Of a stretch of DNA of 64,000 bases, positions 43,919 through 54,122 are shown in pieces. Source of the DNA: an uncultured Clostridia bacterium (lineage in GTDB: Bacteria > Bacillota > Clostridia > Christensenellales > UBA1242); the NCBI GenBank assembly GCA_944384375.1, contig CALWTE010000018.1, forward strand, positions 726 to 64,725, written 5' to 3'. The notes under the pieces were generated by a model. The model made no database searches. It was not told where the DNA came from and saw only the letters and a program-made list of their open reading frames with translations. The stretch's first letter is position 1, and each line of letters begins with the position of its first letter. The translations under genes were made by a program, and so were the position numbers.

Positions 43919-45448
43919 TTACATCCAATACTTTTTATCTAAAGAACGGTAGCCTATTGCTTCCGCCACGTGTTGAAACTCAACTTGCTCGCTATTATCT
44001 AAATCTGCAATAGTCCTAGCGACCTTTAAAATTCTGTTATAGGCACGAGCAGAAAGATTTAATCTTGTAAACGCTTCTTTAATTAAGTCTTCGCTTTCTT
44101 GGGATAATTCACAATATTTGCGTACTTGATTTGCCGTCATTTTTGCATTGCACTTTGTATCTGTTCCTTGAAAACGTTCTAACTGAATTTTGCGTGCTTT
44201 ATTTACCCGCTCGCGAATACTTGCACTGCTTTCTTCTAATTTCTCATTAGAATGCAATTCTTCAAAAGACACGCCGTCAACTTCCACATGCAAATCTATT
44301 CTATCCATCAATGGCCCACTCAATTTGTCTAAATATTTGTGAATTTGCGTAGGAGTACAACGGCAAGTGCGTGTTTTGCTACCGTAATTCCCACATGGAC
44401 AAGGATTCATACTGGTAAGCAACATAAATTGCGCAGGATATTCAACAGTAGAATTCACTCTTGCCACAGTAATAACGCCGTCTTCCAAAGGCTGTCTTAG
44501 AGTTTCCAAAGTTTTTCTATTGTACTCGGGTAATTCGTCTAAAAATAGCACCCCATTATGTGCAAGGCTAATTTCACCTGGCTTTGATTTAGCGCCACCA
44601 CCTGTCAAAGTTACAGCAGTAGTAGTATGATGCGGAGACCTAAAAGGCCTATTCCACACAATACCTTCCTTTTGGTCTAGAATTCCTGCCACACTGTGAA
44701 TTTTTGTAACTTCTAGGGCTTCGTCAAAGGTCATTTCAGGCAAGATAGACGGCATACAACGAGCAAGCATTGTTTTTCCCGCTCCTGGTGGGCCTATCAT
44801 CATTAAATTATGCCCGCCCGCAGCCGCTATCTCCATTGCTCGTTTTGCATTTGCCTGCCCCTTAACATAACAAAAATCATTCTTTGTGTCAATATTTTCT
44901 TGCACAATAAATTGCCTTTTTTCAACTGGCTGTATTAATGTTGTGCCATTTAAATGCTGTACAATCTCAATTAAATTTTTAACAGGATAAACGTCTATCC
45001 CGTCAATGAAACTTGCTTCTGCAGAGTTTTCAAAAGGAATAAAAACCTTTTTATGCCCTAACGAACGTGCCGAAATGAGTAGTGGCAAAACACCGTTTGC
45101 GTGTCGTGTGGAACCATCTAAACTTAATTCACCTATAAAAGTACAGTCATTAATGTCTTGCTTAATTTCACCAGTACATACAAGCAATGCAATCGCTATG
45201 GGTAAATCATAAATAGGCCCCTCCTTTTTTGTGTCTGCTGGTGCAAGATTAACGGTTAATTTCAACATAGGAAACTTGAAACACGAATTTTTTATCGCGC
45301 TACGAATACGCTCTTTACTTTCTTTTATTGCAGTATCAGGCAAACCTACTATATCAAATTTAGGCAAGCCATTATTCATATCTGCCTCTACTTCTACACT
45401 AAAACCAACTATTCCGTTTAGTCCTAATGCCTTAACTTTTGCTAACAT
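43919..45448 (-). CDS. comM: Mg-chelatase-like AAA+ protein YifB/ComM
   Basis: Lon-like N-terminal domain, Walker A GPPGAGKT and Walker B VLFLDELPE. I prefer the start at 45448 (MLAKV) with AAGGAG upstream. The track start is 45478. Confidence 0.9.
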   Translation of the reverse strand: MLAKVKALGLNGIVGFSVEVEADMNNGLPKFDIVGLPDTAIKESKERIRSAIKNSCFKFPMLKLTVNLAPADTKKEGPIYDLPIAIALLVCTGEIKQDINDCTFIGELSLDGSTRHANGVLPLLISARSLGHKKVFIPFENSAEASFIDGIDVYPVKNLIEIVQHLNGTTLIQPVEKRQFIVQENIDTKNDFCYVKGQANAKRAMEIAAAGGHNLMMIGPPGAGKTMLARCMPSILPEMTFDEALEVTKIHSVAGILDQKEGIVWNRPFRSPHHTTTAVTLTGGGAKSKPGEISLAHNGVLFLDELPEYNRKTLETLRQPLEDGVITVARVNSTVEYPAQFMLLTSMNPCPCGNYGSKTRTCRCTPTQIHKYLDKLSGPLMDRIDLHVEVDGVSFEELHSNEKLEESSASIRERVNKARKIQLERFQGTDTKCNAKMTANQVRKYCELSQESEDLIKEAFTRLNLSARAYNRILKVARTIADLDNSEQVEFQHVAEAIGYRSLDKKYWM

Positions 45449-45561
45449 ATTAAACTCCTTAAACATATATTTTAACAACTTTATTGATTTTTGGCAATTA
45501 AATTTATATATAAGTTTTTATCATAAAACAAAGTATTTTTACTAAAAAAAGCATTAAAGCC

Positions 45562-45590
45562 TTGACTTTTGCATAAAAATATGGCAAAAT
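45562..45590 (+). promoter_or_regulatory. Candidate promoter of rpsU (TTGACT-17-CAAAAT)
   Basis: Hexamers and spacing read on the plus strand. The -10 is weak. Confidence 0.35.
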
Positions 45591-45625
45591 TAACTCAAAT
45601 TTTAACGCTAAGGTGGTGAGAAAAG

Positions 45626-45802
45626 ATGACAATGGTAGTTGTAGGCAAAGATGAATCTTTGGACAGCGCTTTGAAACGTTTTAAACGTAAGTGCCAAAAA
45701 GATGGTATCATCGGCGATTTACGCAAACACGAAGCATACGAAAAGCCTAGCGTTAAGCGTAAAAGAAAAAGCGAAGCTGCACGTAAACGCAACCGCAAGT
45801 AG
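45626..45802 (+). CDS. rpsU: 30S ribosomal protein S21
   Basis: 58 aa, not in the ORF track because it is under 60 aa: [70 protein letters not shown]. The 67-aa minus-strand track ORF here is its antisense. Confidence 0.9.
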   Translation: MTMVVVGKDESLDSALKRFKRKCQKDGIIGDLRKHEAYEKPSVKRKRKSEAARKRNRK

Positions 45803-45804
45803 TT

Positions 45805-45841
45805 AAAAAGCGAGTTAACAATTAGTTAATTCGCTTTTTTT
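45805..45841. terminator. Bidirectional intrinsic terminator shared by rpsU (+) and the surface-protein gene (-)
   Basis: 11-bp stem AGCGAGUUAAC-AAUUA-GUUAAUUCGCU flanked by an A-run and a U-run. Confidence 0.75.
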
Positions 45842-45852
45842 AGTTTATTAAA

Positions 45853-47004
45853 TTAATTATTAATATCTTCATTTACGTTGCTATTCTCAACCAAAACAAA
45901 AACTGCTGTTATTATATTATTATAAACATCTTCCTTTTTTAATCTTATACTTTCAGTGTAACCTAGAATATTACCACTTAAATCTTCCCAGTGAGAAAAC
46001 TTATAGCCTTGTTGCGCCACTGTTGCAACAAAAATGATAGTATCGTCGTCATTTAAATTTTCAAAATTATCACCCACAAGCGAAACTTTTCCGCCATATG
46101 TTGCTGTAACATTTACGCCCTGTGCTAAATTATCTGTAAAAGTTGCAGTATAATTAATATTTTTATCAACAATCACATTTAATTGATTACTTGTTGTTAT
46201 TATATTGCCTTGTTCGTCTTGCCAGTTTTTAAAATAATAACCATCATTGCTAATTGCAATGCTTGTTATAGTACTACCTTCGTCATAATTCCCTTGAATT
46301 GTATTTGTAATAGTTCCGTATCCTGAATTATCTGTTTGAATATTTACTGAATATTGTTTTACCCACTTTGCAATCGCCGTTTGGTCTGTTGTATAACTCC
46401 AAACAGTATTTTCGTCTATAAATGTTTCATTAATATACCCCCCAGCAAAACGATAACCTTCCATAGTAGGTGTAGGTAAAGAGCCTATTGTTTCCCCATT
46501 CGTTACTACTATTGAATTAGTAGACACATTTCCGCCATTTGCGTTGAAGGTTAGAGTATTACTCTTTTCTTTTACTAAATCTGCAAATGGAAATTCAAAA
46601 TTGCAATCTTTTGGTCCTTGTCCAGCACTTAAAATCATAATACCTTCAGGATTTTCAGCAGTCCAATTATTTCCATTCCTAACAAACTTATAATAATATA
46701 TATTTCTCCAAAAGTCGTAAATTGTCACTTCTTTTTCATCCTGTATCCAAATGTAATTTTCATTTAAATCAATTTCTATGTAATTGATATTGATATAAGT
46801 TTGTCTACCACTTGAATAATATTCTATATCCACATTAATAATCGTTCCATAAATATTATCATACGTGATACTTACCCCATCACCATCATAGACAACCTCC
46901 TCTGCTTTTAAGTTTGGCTTTAATGCAAAATTTACACAAATTCCTAAAATTATAACAAGTAAACCTATTAATAAACTTAGGAATATGCTTTTTCTTTTAC
47001 TCAT
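45853..47004 (-). CDS. Membrane-anchored surface protein with InlB B-repeat / Listeria-Bacteroides-repeat-like domains
   Basis: N-terminal TM anchor. Repeat units of the type TLTFNANGGNVS..GYRFAGGY and GYYFKNWQDEQGN / GYKFSHWEDLSGN. Confidence 0.6.
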   Translation of the reverse strand: MSKRKSIFLSLLIGLLVIILGICVNFALKPNLKAEEVVYDGDGVSITYDNIYGTIINVDIEYYSSGRQTYININYIEIDLNENYIWIQDEKEVTIYDFWRNIYYYKFVRNGNNWTAENPEGIMILSAGQGPKDCNFEFPFADLVKEKSNTLTFNANGGNVSTNSIVVTNGETIGSLPTPTMEGYRFAGGYINETFIDENTVWSYTTDQTAIAKWVKQYSVNIQTDNSGYGTITNTIQGNYDEGSTITSIAISNDGYYFKNWQDEQGNIITTSNQLNVIVDKNINYTATFTDNLAQGVNVTATYGGKVSLVGDNFENLNDDDTIIFVATVAQQGYKFSHWEDLSGNILGYTESIRLKKEDVYNNIITAVFVLVENSNVNEDINN

Positions 47005-47099
47005 TATATATCTCCCATTTTCAATATTTATTTATATTATATACGAATATTTTTCGTAAATCAACTATTTTTCAATATAATTAAATATAATTTTGTGAT

Positions 47100-47300
47100 A
47101 TGGAAATAGGAAATGTTATTAAAAATTTAAGAAAAGAGCGCAAACTAACTCAAACGCAGTTAGCCACTCTCTTATGCACTAGTCAAGACACAATTTCGCT
47201 TTGGGAGTTAAATAAAAGTTTGCCTGACATTGAATCTTTAGTAAAACTTGCTAAAATTTTTGATGTTAGCACCGATTTTTTATTAGGTTTGGAAAAATAA
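47100..47300 (+). CDS. XRE-family helix-turn-helix transcriptional regulator (66 aa)
   Basis: IKNLRKERKLTQTQLATLLCTSQDTISLWE is a Cro/CI-type HTH. Confidence 0.8.
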   Translation: MEIGNVIKNLRKERKLTQTQLATLLCTSQDTISLWELNKSLPDIESLVKLAKIFDVSTDFLLGLEK

Positions 47301-47320
47301 TTTTAATATAGAACAAAAAA

Positions 47321-47354
47321 ACGCCTTCTAGTTTTATACTAAAAGGTGTTTTTT
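47321..47354 (+). terminator. Intrinsic terminator after the XRE gene
   Basis: 12-bp stem ACGCCUUCUAGU/ACUAAAAGGUGU with one mismatch, followed by UUUUUU. Confidence 0.7.
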
Positions 47355-47503
47355 ATAAAAAGGTTTAAAAATATTTTATTTTTAGAGTATGTTTTGCACA
47401 AAAAATGTTTTTTAACTTTACACTATTTTTTGAGATTAAACAAGATATAAAAACCTTACTTATATTCAAGTACAATATTTTTACAATCTAAATAAACTCA
47501 TAC

Positions 47504-47704
47504 TTAGGCATTTTCTGTTGAGTTATCTTCTGTTTGGCTTTCTTGTGCTGTTGTGATTGTAGGGGTTGCTATATTTGCGCTATTACTATTTTGAATAGGA
47601 AATACAGCAGCCATTACTACAATTACCATAGCAAACCCAGCCATAATTGTAATTACTTTATTCCAAAATGCTTTGTTTTTCATACAAATTACTTGAAAAG
47701 GCAT
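47504..47704 (-). CDS. Hypothetical small membrane-anchored protein (66 aa)
   Basis: GGGGG RBS 9 nt upstream. One TM (VITIMAGFAMVIVVMAAVF) followed by a Thr/Ser/Asn-rich tail. Has its own promoter. Confidence 0.4.
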   Translation of the reverse strand: MPFQVICMKNKAFWNKVITIMAGFAMVIVVMAAVFPIQNSNSANIATPTITTAQESQTEDNSTENA

Positions 47705-47735
47705 ATTCAGTTACCCCCTATCTCTATTTGTCAAT

Positions 47736-47764
47736 ATTTTAGCAAATATTTTAAATTTTGACAA
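47736..47764 (-). promoter_or_regulatory. Candidate sigma-A promoter (TTGTCA-17-TAAAAT) bracketed by the 9-bp inverted repeat ATTTGTCAA/TTGACAAAT
   Basis: Hexamers and spacing read on the minus strand. The inverted-repeat arms are at 47726-47734 and 47758-47766. Confidence 0.5.
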
Positions 47765-47779
47765 ATAAATTAGGGCATT

Positions 47780-50700
47780 TTATTTAAAAATTATGTTTTC
47801 GGGCATCAAATAGCCATAAAGTTCATTTTGCATTGCCGTACTACCATCTACTTTTGTAGGGAAAGTGAAGGCTTTATTTTGTTTGCTACATTTTATTACT
47901 ACAGGGTGTGTGCCTGGATAACGCTCTAAAATTTCAAAAACTGCATCTTTCACTTCTTCTTCTGTCAAATCAAATTTTAAGTATAATTTTTCACAAACTT
48001 TAGGTTCTTCATTTTTAGGTTGCTCGTCTTGTTTCGGCACATCAGTCTTCCAAACAATAATATCTTCGGGAAGTATAATAGGTCTGTCTCCTTCCTTTAT
48101 GCTTATTTTCCCTATAAAAGTCATCATATTGTCTACATGGAGTATGTTTTTAAATTTTTCATAAATTTTAGGAAAAACCAAAACTTCAAAAGTCCCATAT
48201 AAATCTTCCACGGTAACGACTGCCATTTCTTTGTTACCTACTTTTGTATTCATTCGCTTAACATTAGTAAGTACTCCGCCACATTTTACCTGCTTGCCGT
48301 CTTCTAACCCTTCGTAAATGGTCATTTCTTCTTCCCCGTCTTCACTTTGCACAACGGTAGGAATAAGCATATTACTGTTAAAGTTAAATTCCTTCATCTT
48401 ATCTCTAAACTGGTCTAAAATGTGCCCACTAACATATACACCTAAAACTTGCTTTTCAAATTTTAACTTTTGTTGCTCTGTGTATTCAGGAATGTCAGGA
48501 TATTCAACTATATTTAATTTTTTATCTTCCTTTAATAGGTTATCAAATAAAGTAATTTGTCCTTGATTTTGAGACTTTCTATCACTAGAAACACGCTCTA
48601 CAATAGTTTCATAAACGGCTATCATTTGGCTCCTAGACACACCGAAACAATCAAAAGCGCCCGACCAAATCATAGACTCTAAGAATCGCTTGTTATGTGC
48701 TTGACCACCCATACGAGTAATAAAGTCCTGTAAACTGGTAAATGGCCCGTTTTTATTGCGTTCTTCTACTAATGATTCAACAAGTCCTACGCCGACATTT
48801 TTAATACCACCTAAACCATACCTAATGGTGGTATCGTCTTCCACACTAAAATATACCAAACTCTTATTTACATCAGGTGGTAATATCTTTATATCGTGTG
48901 CACGTGCCAACTCCATATAGTGAGTTAATTCGTCATTCTTTGTAATACGGTTGTTTATAATAGCAGTGTAAAATTCAATTTTATGGTAGTATTTCATCCA
49001 CGCGGTTTGATATGTAATAAATGCATAAGCCGCTGCGTGTGCCTTGTTAAAGGCATAACTACCGAACTTCTCCATTTGGCTCCAAAGTGCTTCGGCATCT
49101 TCTAACTTCATACCACGTTTTAATACACCATCAATACTTTTCTTGCCTTCTGGGTCTTCCCAACCGTAAATAAAACGTTGTTTCTCAACAGGCAATTTAT
49201 CGGCTAATTTCTTACCCATAATCTTACGCACGCCATCAGCCTGCCCCATGGTGTAACCTGCCAAAACCTGACAAAGTTTCATAACCTGCTCTTGATAAAC
49301 CATAACACCATATGTTACATCTAACACGTCTTTCATTTTTGAATCTGGGTAAATAATTGATTCGGGATTTTTACGGTTTTTAATATATGTAGGAATTTCG
49401 TCCATAGGACCTGGACGGTACATAGCGAGAATAACGATAATCTCTTCTATATTTACAGGCTTCATTTCCTTAGCAAAGCCTGAAATACCGCCACTTTCTA
49501 ACTGGAACACCCCATCATTATCACCCGAACCTATAAGTTTATAAATATTTGGGTCATCATAATGGAAATCACGTGAATAAAAGTCTACATCTTCCCCAGT
49601 ACGTTGTTTTATGAGTTTTATCATTAAGTCCAAATCGGTTAAAGTGATTAGACCTAAAAAGTCCATTTTTAATAAGCCTAAATGTTCTGTTTCGTTCTTG
49701 TCAAACTGAGTGGTTACCATATCGCCGTTTTTTGCTAATGGTATATGGTCAGAAATCGGGTCACAACAAATAACCACACCTGCCGCGTGAATACTGGTAT
49801 TTCTAGGCATATTTTCTAGTTTAATTGCTGTATCAACTATTTTTTGCACTAGCACGTCACTGTCATACATTGCCTTTAATTCGGGTACGGCATATTGCTC
49901 GTCTTCTGGCTTGCCACTAATACCGAAAACCTTTTCAATTGCGGGAGATTTTGGCATTTTTGTTGGGAAAAGTTTCGTCATCTTATCCACTTCGCTATAT
50001 GGCATTTTTAGCACTCTAGCTACGTCTTTAATCGCCGCTTTTGCTGCCATTGTACCAAATGTGATAATCTGGCTAACGTTTGGCTCGCCATATTTTTCTA
50101 TAACATAATCAATAGTTTGCTCACGTTTTACAGGGCAAAAGTCTATATCAAAGTCTGGCGGACTGACACGTTCTGGGTTTAGGAAACGCTCAAACCACAA
50201 GTCATATTTTAGCGGGTCAATAAGCGTAATACCTATCGCATATGCTAGGATACTAGCAGCACCACTACCACGTCCTGGACCTACTGGCACGTCGTGTTCC
50301 CTAGACCAGTTAATAAAGTCCCAAACTACAAGATAGTAATCAACATAGCCACTTTTAATTAGAGTATTCATTTCAAACTCGGCACGCTCTCTAATCGCTG
50401 GAGTTATTTCACCATAGCGTTTTATCAAACCTTCGTTAACAAGTTCCCACAAGTATTCTGTATTGTCTTTACCGTCTGGAGCAGTAAATTTAGGGTAAAA
50501 CTGACTCTTAAAATCAAGCTCCACATTGCATTTTTCGGCGACTTCCAAAGTATTTGCAATACTTTCTGGGTGCGAAGCAAAAACGGATTTCATTTCGTCC
50601 GCCGTTTTTAAATAAAACTGATTGCCGTCCATTCTCATTCTGTTAGGGTCGTCAATAGTCTTACCCGTTTGAATACATAACATTATATCTTGCATTTCTG

Positions 50701-51334
50701 CGTCTTCAGGGTAAAGATAATGCACGTCATTAGTCGCTATTGTCTTAACACCCAAATCTTCAGCAAGCCTAAAAAGGTCGGGCAAAATTTTACGTTGTTC
50801 TTCTATGCCGTGGTCTTGTACTTCTATATAAAAATCACCTGGCGCAAACATATCACGCAATCTTGTACCGAATTTAACGGCTTCTTCATACAAACCTTTT
50901 GATAATAGTCTAGGAATATCACCCGCTAGACACGCAGAACTACAAATCAAACCTTCCGCATGCTCGGCTAAGGTCTTATAGTCAATACGTGGTTTATAGT
51001 AAAAACCTTTTGTCCACGCAATACTATTTAATTTAATTAAGTTATGGTAGCCAACTTCGTTTTTTGCTAGAATTATTAAGTGCGCTGGGTTTGGTTTGCC
51101 TTGCTTGTAATTTAAATCATCTACAATATAAAATTCTGTACCTATAATGGGTTTTATGTCGTTTGCTTTGCATGCTTCATAAAATTTAACCGCACCGTAC
51201 ATATTGCCGTGGTCAGTTATCGCACAAGCGGTCGCACCACGTTCTTTTAAAATCTTAACTAACTTTTTTATTCTTGCCGCACCATCTAACAAACTATATT
51301 CAGTATGTAAATGTAAATGTACGAAATCTTCCAT
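47780..51334 (-). CDS. dnaE: DNA polymerase III alpha subunit, DnaE type
   Basis: PHP N-terminus HLHLHTEYSLLDGA, catalytic region PPDFDIDF and LLKMDFLGL, a C-terminal OB fold. 1184 aa. Confidence 0.95.
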   Translation of the reverse strand: MEDFVHLHLHTEYSLLDGAARIKKLVKILKERGATACAITDHGNMYGAVKFYEACKANDIKPIIGTEFYIVDDLNYKQGKPNPAHLIILAKNEVGYHNLIKLNSIAWTKGFYYKPRIDYKTLAEHAEGLICSSACLAGDIPRLLSKGLYEEAVKFGTRLRDMFAPGDFYIEVQDHGIEEQRKILPDLFRLAEDLGVKTIATNDVHYLYPEDAEMQDIMLCIQTGKTIDDPNRMRMDGNQFYLKTADEMKSVFASHPESIANTLEVAEKCNVELDFKSQFYPKFTAPDGKDNTEYLWELVNEGLIKRYGEITPAIRERAEFEMNTLIKSGYVDYYLVVWDFINWSREHDVPVGPGRGSGAASILAYAIGITLIDPLKYDLWFERFLNPERVSPPDFDIDFCPVKREQTIDYVIEKYGEPNVSQIITFGTMAAKAAIKDVARVLKMPYSEVDKMTKLFPTKMPKSPAIEKVFGISGKPEDEQYAVPELKAMYDSDVLVQKIVDTAIKLENMPRNTSIHAAGVVICCDPISDHIPLAKNGDMVTTQFDKNETEHLGLLKMDFLGLITLTDLDLMIKLIKQRTGEDVDFYSRDFHYDDPNIYKLIGSGDNDGVFQLESGGISGFAKEMKPVNIEEIIVILAMYRPGPMDEIPTYIKNRKNPESIIYPDSKMKDVLDVTYGVMVYQEQVMKLCQVLAGYTMGQADGVRKIMGKKLADKLPVEKQRFIYGWEDPEGKKSIDGVLKRGMKLEDAEALWSQMEKFGSYAFNKAHAAAYAFITYQTAWMKYYHKIEFYTAIINNRITKNDELTHYMELARAHDIKILPPDVNKSLVYFSVEDDTTIRYGLGGIKNVGVGLVESLVEERNKNGPFTSLQDFITRMGGQAHNKRFLESMIWSGAFDCFGVSRSQMIAVYETIVERVSSDRKSQNQGQITLFDNLLKEDKKLNIVEYPDIPEYTEQQKLKFEKQVLGVYVSGHILDQFRDKMKEFNFNSNMLIPTVVQSEDGEEEMTIYEGLEDGKQVKCGGVLTNVKRMNTKVGNKEMAVVTVEDLYGTFEVLVFPKIYEKFKNILHVDNMMTFIGKISIKEGDRPIILPEDIIVWKTDVPKQDEQPKNEEPKVCEKLYLKFDLTEEEVKDAVFEILERYPGTHPVVIKCSKQNKAFTFPTKVDGSTAMQNELYGYLMPENIIFK

Positions 51335-51336
51335 TT

Positions 51337-52335
51337 TTACTCCTTGTCTGTTTTGCTTTCGTTTTCCGCTTTTAGTTCTTCTGCGATTTTTACAATTTTA
51401 CGCAATCTATGGTTTACCCCACTCTTTGTAAGTGGTGGATTCATAAGCCTGGCTAAATTTTCCAAAGTTTCTTCAGGATTTGCAAGTCTCAGCATACACA
51501 ACTCATATAAGTTATCAGGCAAAGTTTCTAACCCTACCGTTTTAGAAATATATTCAATTGCGTCAATTTGTTTTAGACTAGCATTTACCATTTTTTCCAT
51601 ATTGCCATTCATACAATTTAACTGTCTATTTAACTTGTTGCGTATTTCTCGCACTGCAAATTCATTTTGTAGAGTTAAAACTGCGTTGTTTGCCCCTACT
51701 AAGGCTAAAGTATCGCTAACGACTTCGGCTTCCTTTATATAAATCACCGTAAACTTTTTGCGTTGCATTGATTTTGAATAAATATCATATTGAGATAAAA
51801 TATGGGAAAAATCGCCCGCTAGTGAATAATCACTAAACACAAATTCCAAATGATATCCGCCCGTGTGCTTTTTTAAATTATTAATATCTTTTATAACTAT
51901 ATTTGCGCTTGCGCACCCCATAAACACGCCCCGAATAAAGGAACGTTGGCAACAATCTTCTTCTATTAAGTACCTTGATACGCCTAAGTGAATTTCTTTC
52001 TGCCCGTTATAATTTTCTCGGAGTAAATATGTATCCGTCAATAATTTTTCAGTAATATTAGAAGGCAAACTGATATAGTATCTAATAGTATGATTTGTCT
52101 TTTCTTCTTCTTTTATATTTAGTTCTATCTTTTCATTATATAGGTGTTTTAGTAGCAATTCAATTCTTTTTGCTAAATTTGGCAATTCTGTAACAAATTC
52201 CACACTGTATCCATTCTCAATACTAATTTGCGCACATGTACGCAAGAGCCCTGCAAGTTCTGCCCTGCAACAACAAGTTTTTTGTGGAACTTCGCTATCT
52301 GCCACTTCAAATTTTGCATCATAAGAAAAAGACAT
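51337..52335 (-). CDS. whiA: Sporulation/cell-division regulator WhiA
   Basis: Degenerate LAGLIDADG-like N-terminal domain (CCCRAELAGLLR) and a C-terminal HTH (KSGVNHRLRKI). Confidence 0.85.
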   Translation of the reverse strand: MSFSYDAKFEVADSEVPQKTCCCRAELAGLLRTCAQISIENGYSVEFVTELPNLAKRIELLLKHLYNEKIELNIKEEEKTNHTIRYYISLPSNITEKLLTDTYLLRENYNGQKEIHLGVSRYLIEEDCCQRSFIRGVFMGCASANIVIKDINNLKKHTGGYHLEFVFSDYSLAGDFSHILSQYDIYSKSMQRKKFTVIYIKEAEVVSDTLALVGANNAVLTLQNEFAVREIRNKLNRQLNCMNGNMEKMVNASLKQIDAIEYISKTVGLETLPDNLYELCMLRLANPEETLENLARLMNPPLTKSGVNHRLRKIVKIAEELKAENESKTDKE

Positions 52336-52363
52336 CTTTTTGCCTCCTTTTAAATATCAATTA

Positions 52364-52391
52364 ATTATACTTAAAAACTAAAATTTTTCAA
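52364..52391 (-). promoter_or_regulatory. Candidate sigma-A promoter of whiA-dnaE (TTGAAA-16-TATAAT)
   Basis: Hexamers and spacing read on the minus strand. Confidence 0.5.
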
Positions 52392-52478
52392 GTGTTTTTA
52401 ACGCTCTCAAAATAACAAATTTTGCTAAATTAGATTTGTTATTTTTAAAATAATTAGAATACAATTTTTTAAACTTCT

Positions 52479-53219
52479 CTATTTATTTTGTTCTGTAACT
52501 TCTATGTTAACTATTCTGTCAAGTGGAATATTATACTTTTCTATAAATTCTTTTGGAACAGAACATTCGGCTATTCTTGACGGACTGTGAGCATCACTAC
52601 CTATGATGAATTTTGCCTTTGAATCAATCAGTTCTTGTGCTTGTTGTGGCGTAAAAGTTGTACGTTTGCCGTTAAATTCAATCAAGACGCCTTTTTTGGC
52701 ACAAGCGTCTGCTAGCCTTTTTGTATTAACTGGCACAACATAATTAGGGTGTACTACTACTTTTACAGGATACTTTTCTATTGCCTTAATATAACTATCG
52801 GTAACTTTTTCTATATATTTTTTTGTAGGCTTTAAAAGTAGGTTGTGCATATTAAATTTGAAACTATCCTTTACTCCCTTACCATAAGTAAAATAATGAA
52901 TACCAAAAATGCAGTAGTCAAAGTTAGCAAAATCTTCTGGCTTCATATCTAATTCGCCATTTAAATTTACTAAGTTTGCTTCAATGCCTAGCAAAATCTC
53001 AATTTGCGGATAAACTTTTCTTAATCTTTCAATTTCGGCACGCATTTCAGCGACTTTTTCTCTCTTAACCCCATTTTTTACGTGATTAAAACCATGGTCA
53101 GAAATACCTATTGTTTTTAACCCTAGTTCTACTGCTCTAGCGACATTTTCTTCTATTGTACCTACCCCATCACTATAAATAGTATGTGTATGATAATCTG
53201 CTGTCATTTTAAAGTCCAT
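52479..53219 (-). CDS. PHP-domain phosphoesterase (histidinol-phosphatase family)
   Basis: DYHTHTIYSDG and ISDHG motifs. 246 aa. Confidence 0.75.
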   Translation of the reverse strand: MDFKMTADYHTHTIYSDGVGTIEENVARAVELGLKTIGISDHGFNHVKNGVKREKVAEMRAEIERLRKVYPQIEILLGIEANLVNLNGELDMKPEDFANFDYCIFGIHYFTYGKGVKDSFKFNMHNLLLKPTKKYIEKVTDSYIKAIEKYPVKVVVHPNYVVPVNTKRLADACAKKGVLIEFNGKRTTFTPQQAQELIDSKAKFIIGSDAHSPSRIAECSVPKEFIEKYNIPLDRIVNIEVTEQNK

Positions 53220-53229
53220 TTTTTCTCCT

Positions 53230-54120
53230 TTAAATTAATATAATTTCCAAACTTAAATAAACATTATATTTTTCAAAAACTCTCTCACGCACTAAATCAA
53301 TTAGTTCTAGCACGTCGGTAAAAGTCGCGTTGCCTGTATTTACTATATAACCTGAGTGAATTTTTGAAACTTCAGCGCCACCCACCCTTAAACCTTTCAA
53401 ATTGCATTGCTCTATCATAAAGGCAGGTGGCAGTCTCTTTGTCCTTTTGAATACACTGCCAGCACTAGGGTAACCTACGCTTTGCGTTTTTACTCGTGCT
53501 GATATCTTTTCCCTTATTCTCTCTCTACAAAGTGGCATAAAATCTTTTTTCAAGGAAAATGCTACACTTATTATAGCACAGTTTTTTGTATTTGTAAAAA
53601 TACTTGAACGATATTCAAAAAAAAGTTCGTTTCGTTTTACCCTAATCACTTTTTCGCCGTTCCAGTACTCCACAAAAAGAAGCGAATCACTAATTTGCCC
53701 GTGAAAAGCACCTGCATTCATTACAACCGCTCCCCCAACACTTCCTGGAATACCGATAGCCCATTCTAGCCCCGAAAAACCTTTTTCCGCGCTTTCTTGC
53801 ACTAATTGAGAAAGTCGCACTCCCGCCTGTGATAGTACTAAACCATTTTTTGTTATAACGAATTTGTTTAAGTTTAATGTGGAAATTATGACGTAAAATA
53901 TTTTATCATTAATTAAGACATTAGAACCCGCCCCCAAGATAACAAAGGAAATGTTCATTTCCCTACATAGACTAAGCAGTTGTATCAATTCCTGCCTTGT
54001 TCTAGGCTTAGCATAAATTGGCGCTATACCACCTATTTTGAAAGTGGTAACTTTACTCAAATCTTTATTTCGCTCAATAGGACAAATTTTGCTAAATTCC
54101 TTTGCCAAAAAATCAAACAT
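53230..54120 (-). CDS. murB: UDP-N-acetylenolpyruvoylglucosamine reductase MurB
   Basis: FAD-binding pattern (TTFKIGG, ILGAGSN.L) and C-terminal catalytic region (PSAGSVFK). Confidence 0.9.
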   Translation of the reverse strand: MFDFLAKEFSKICPIERNKDLSKVTTFKIGGIAPIYAKPRTRQELIQLLSLCREMNISFVILGAGSNVLINDKIFYVIISTLNLNKFVITKNGLVLSQAGVRLSQLVQESAEKGFSGLEWAIGIPGSVGGAVVMNAGAFHGQISDSLLFVEYWNGEKVIRVKRNELFFEYRSSIFTNTKNCAIISVAFSLKKDFMPLCRERIREKISARVKTQSVGYPSAGSVFKRTKRLPPAFMIEQCNLKGLRVGGAEVSKIHSGYIVNTGNATFTDVLELIDLVRERVFEKYNVYLSLEIILI

Positions 54121-54122
54121 AA

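Noticed and set aside
45595-45798. 67-aa minus-strand ORF in the track ([15 protein letters not shown]...)
   Set aside because: It is the antisense frame of a clear plus-strand S21 gene (45626-45802). That gene has an RBS, a promoter and a terminator, and was missed by the track only because it is 58 aa.
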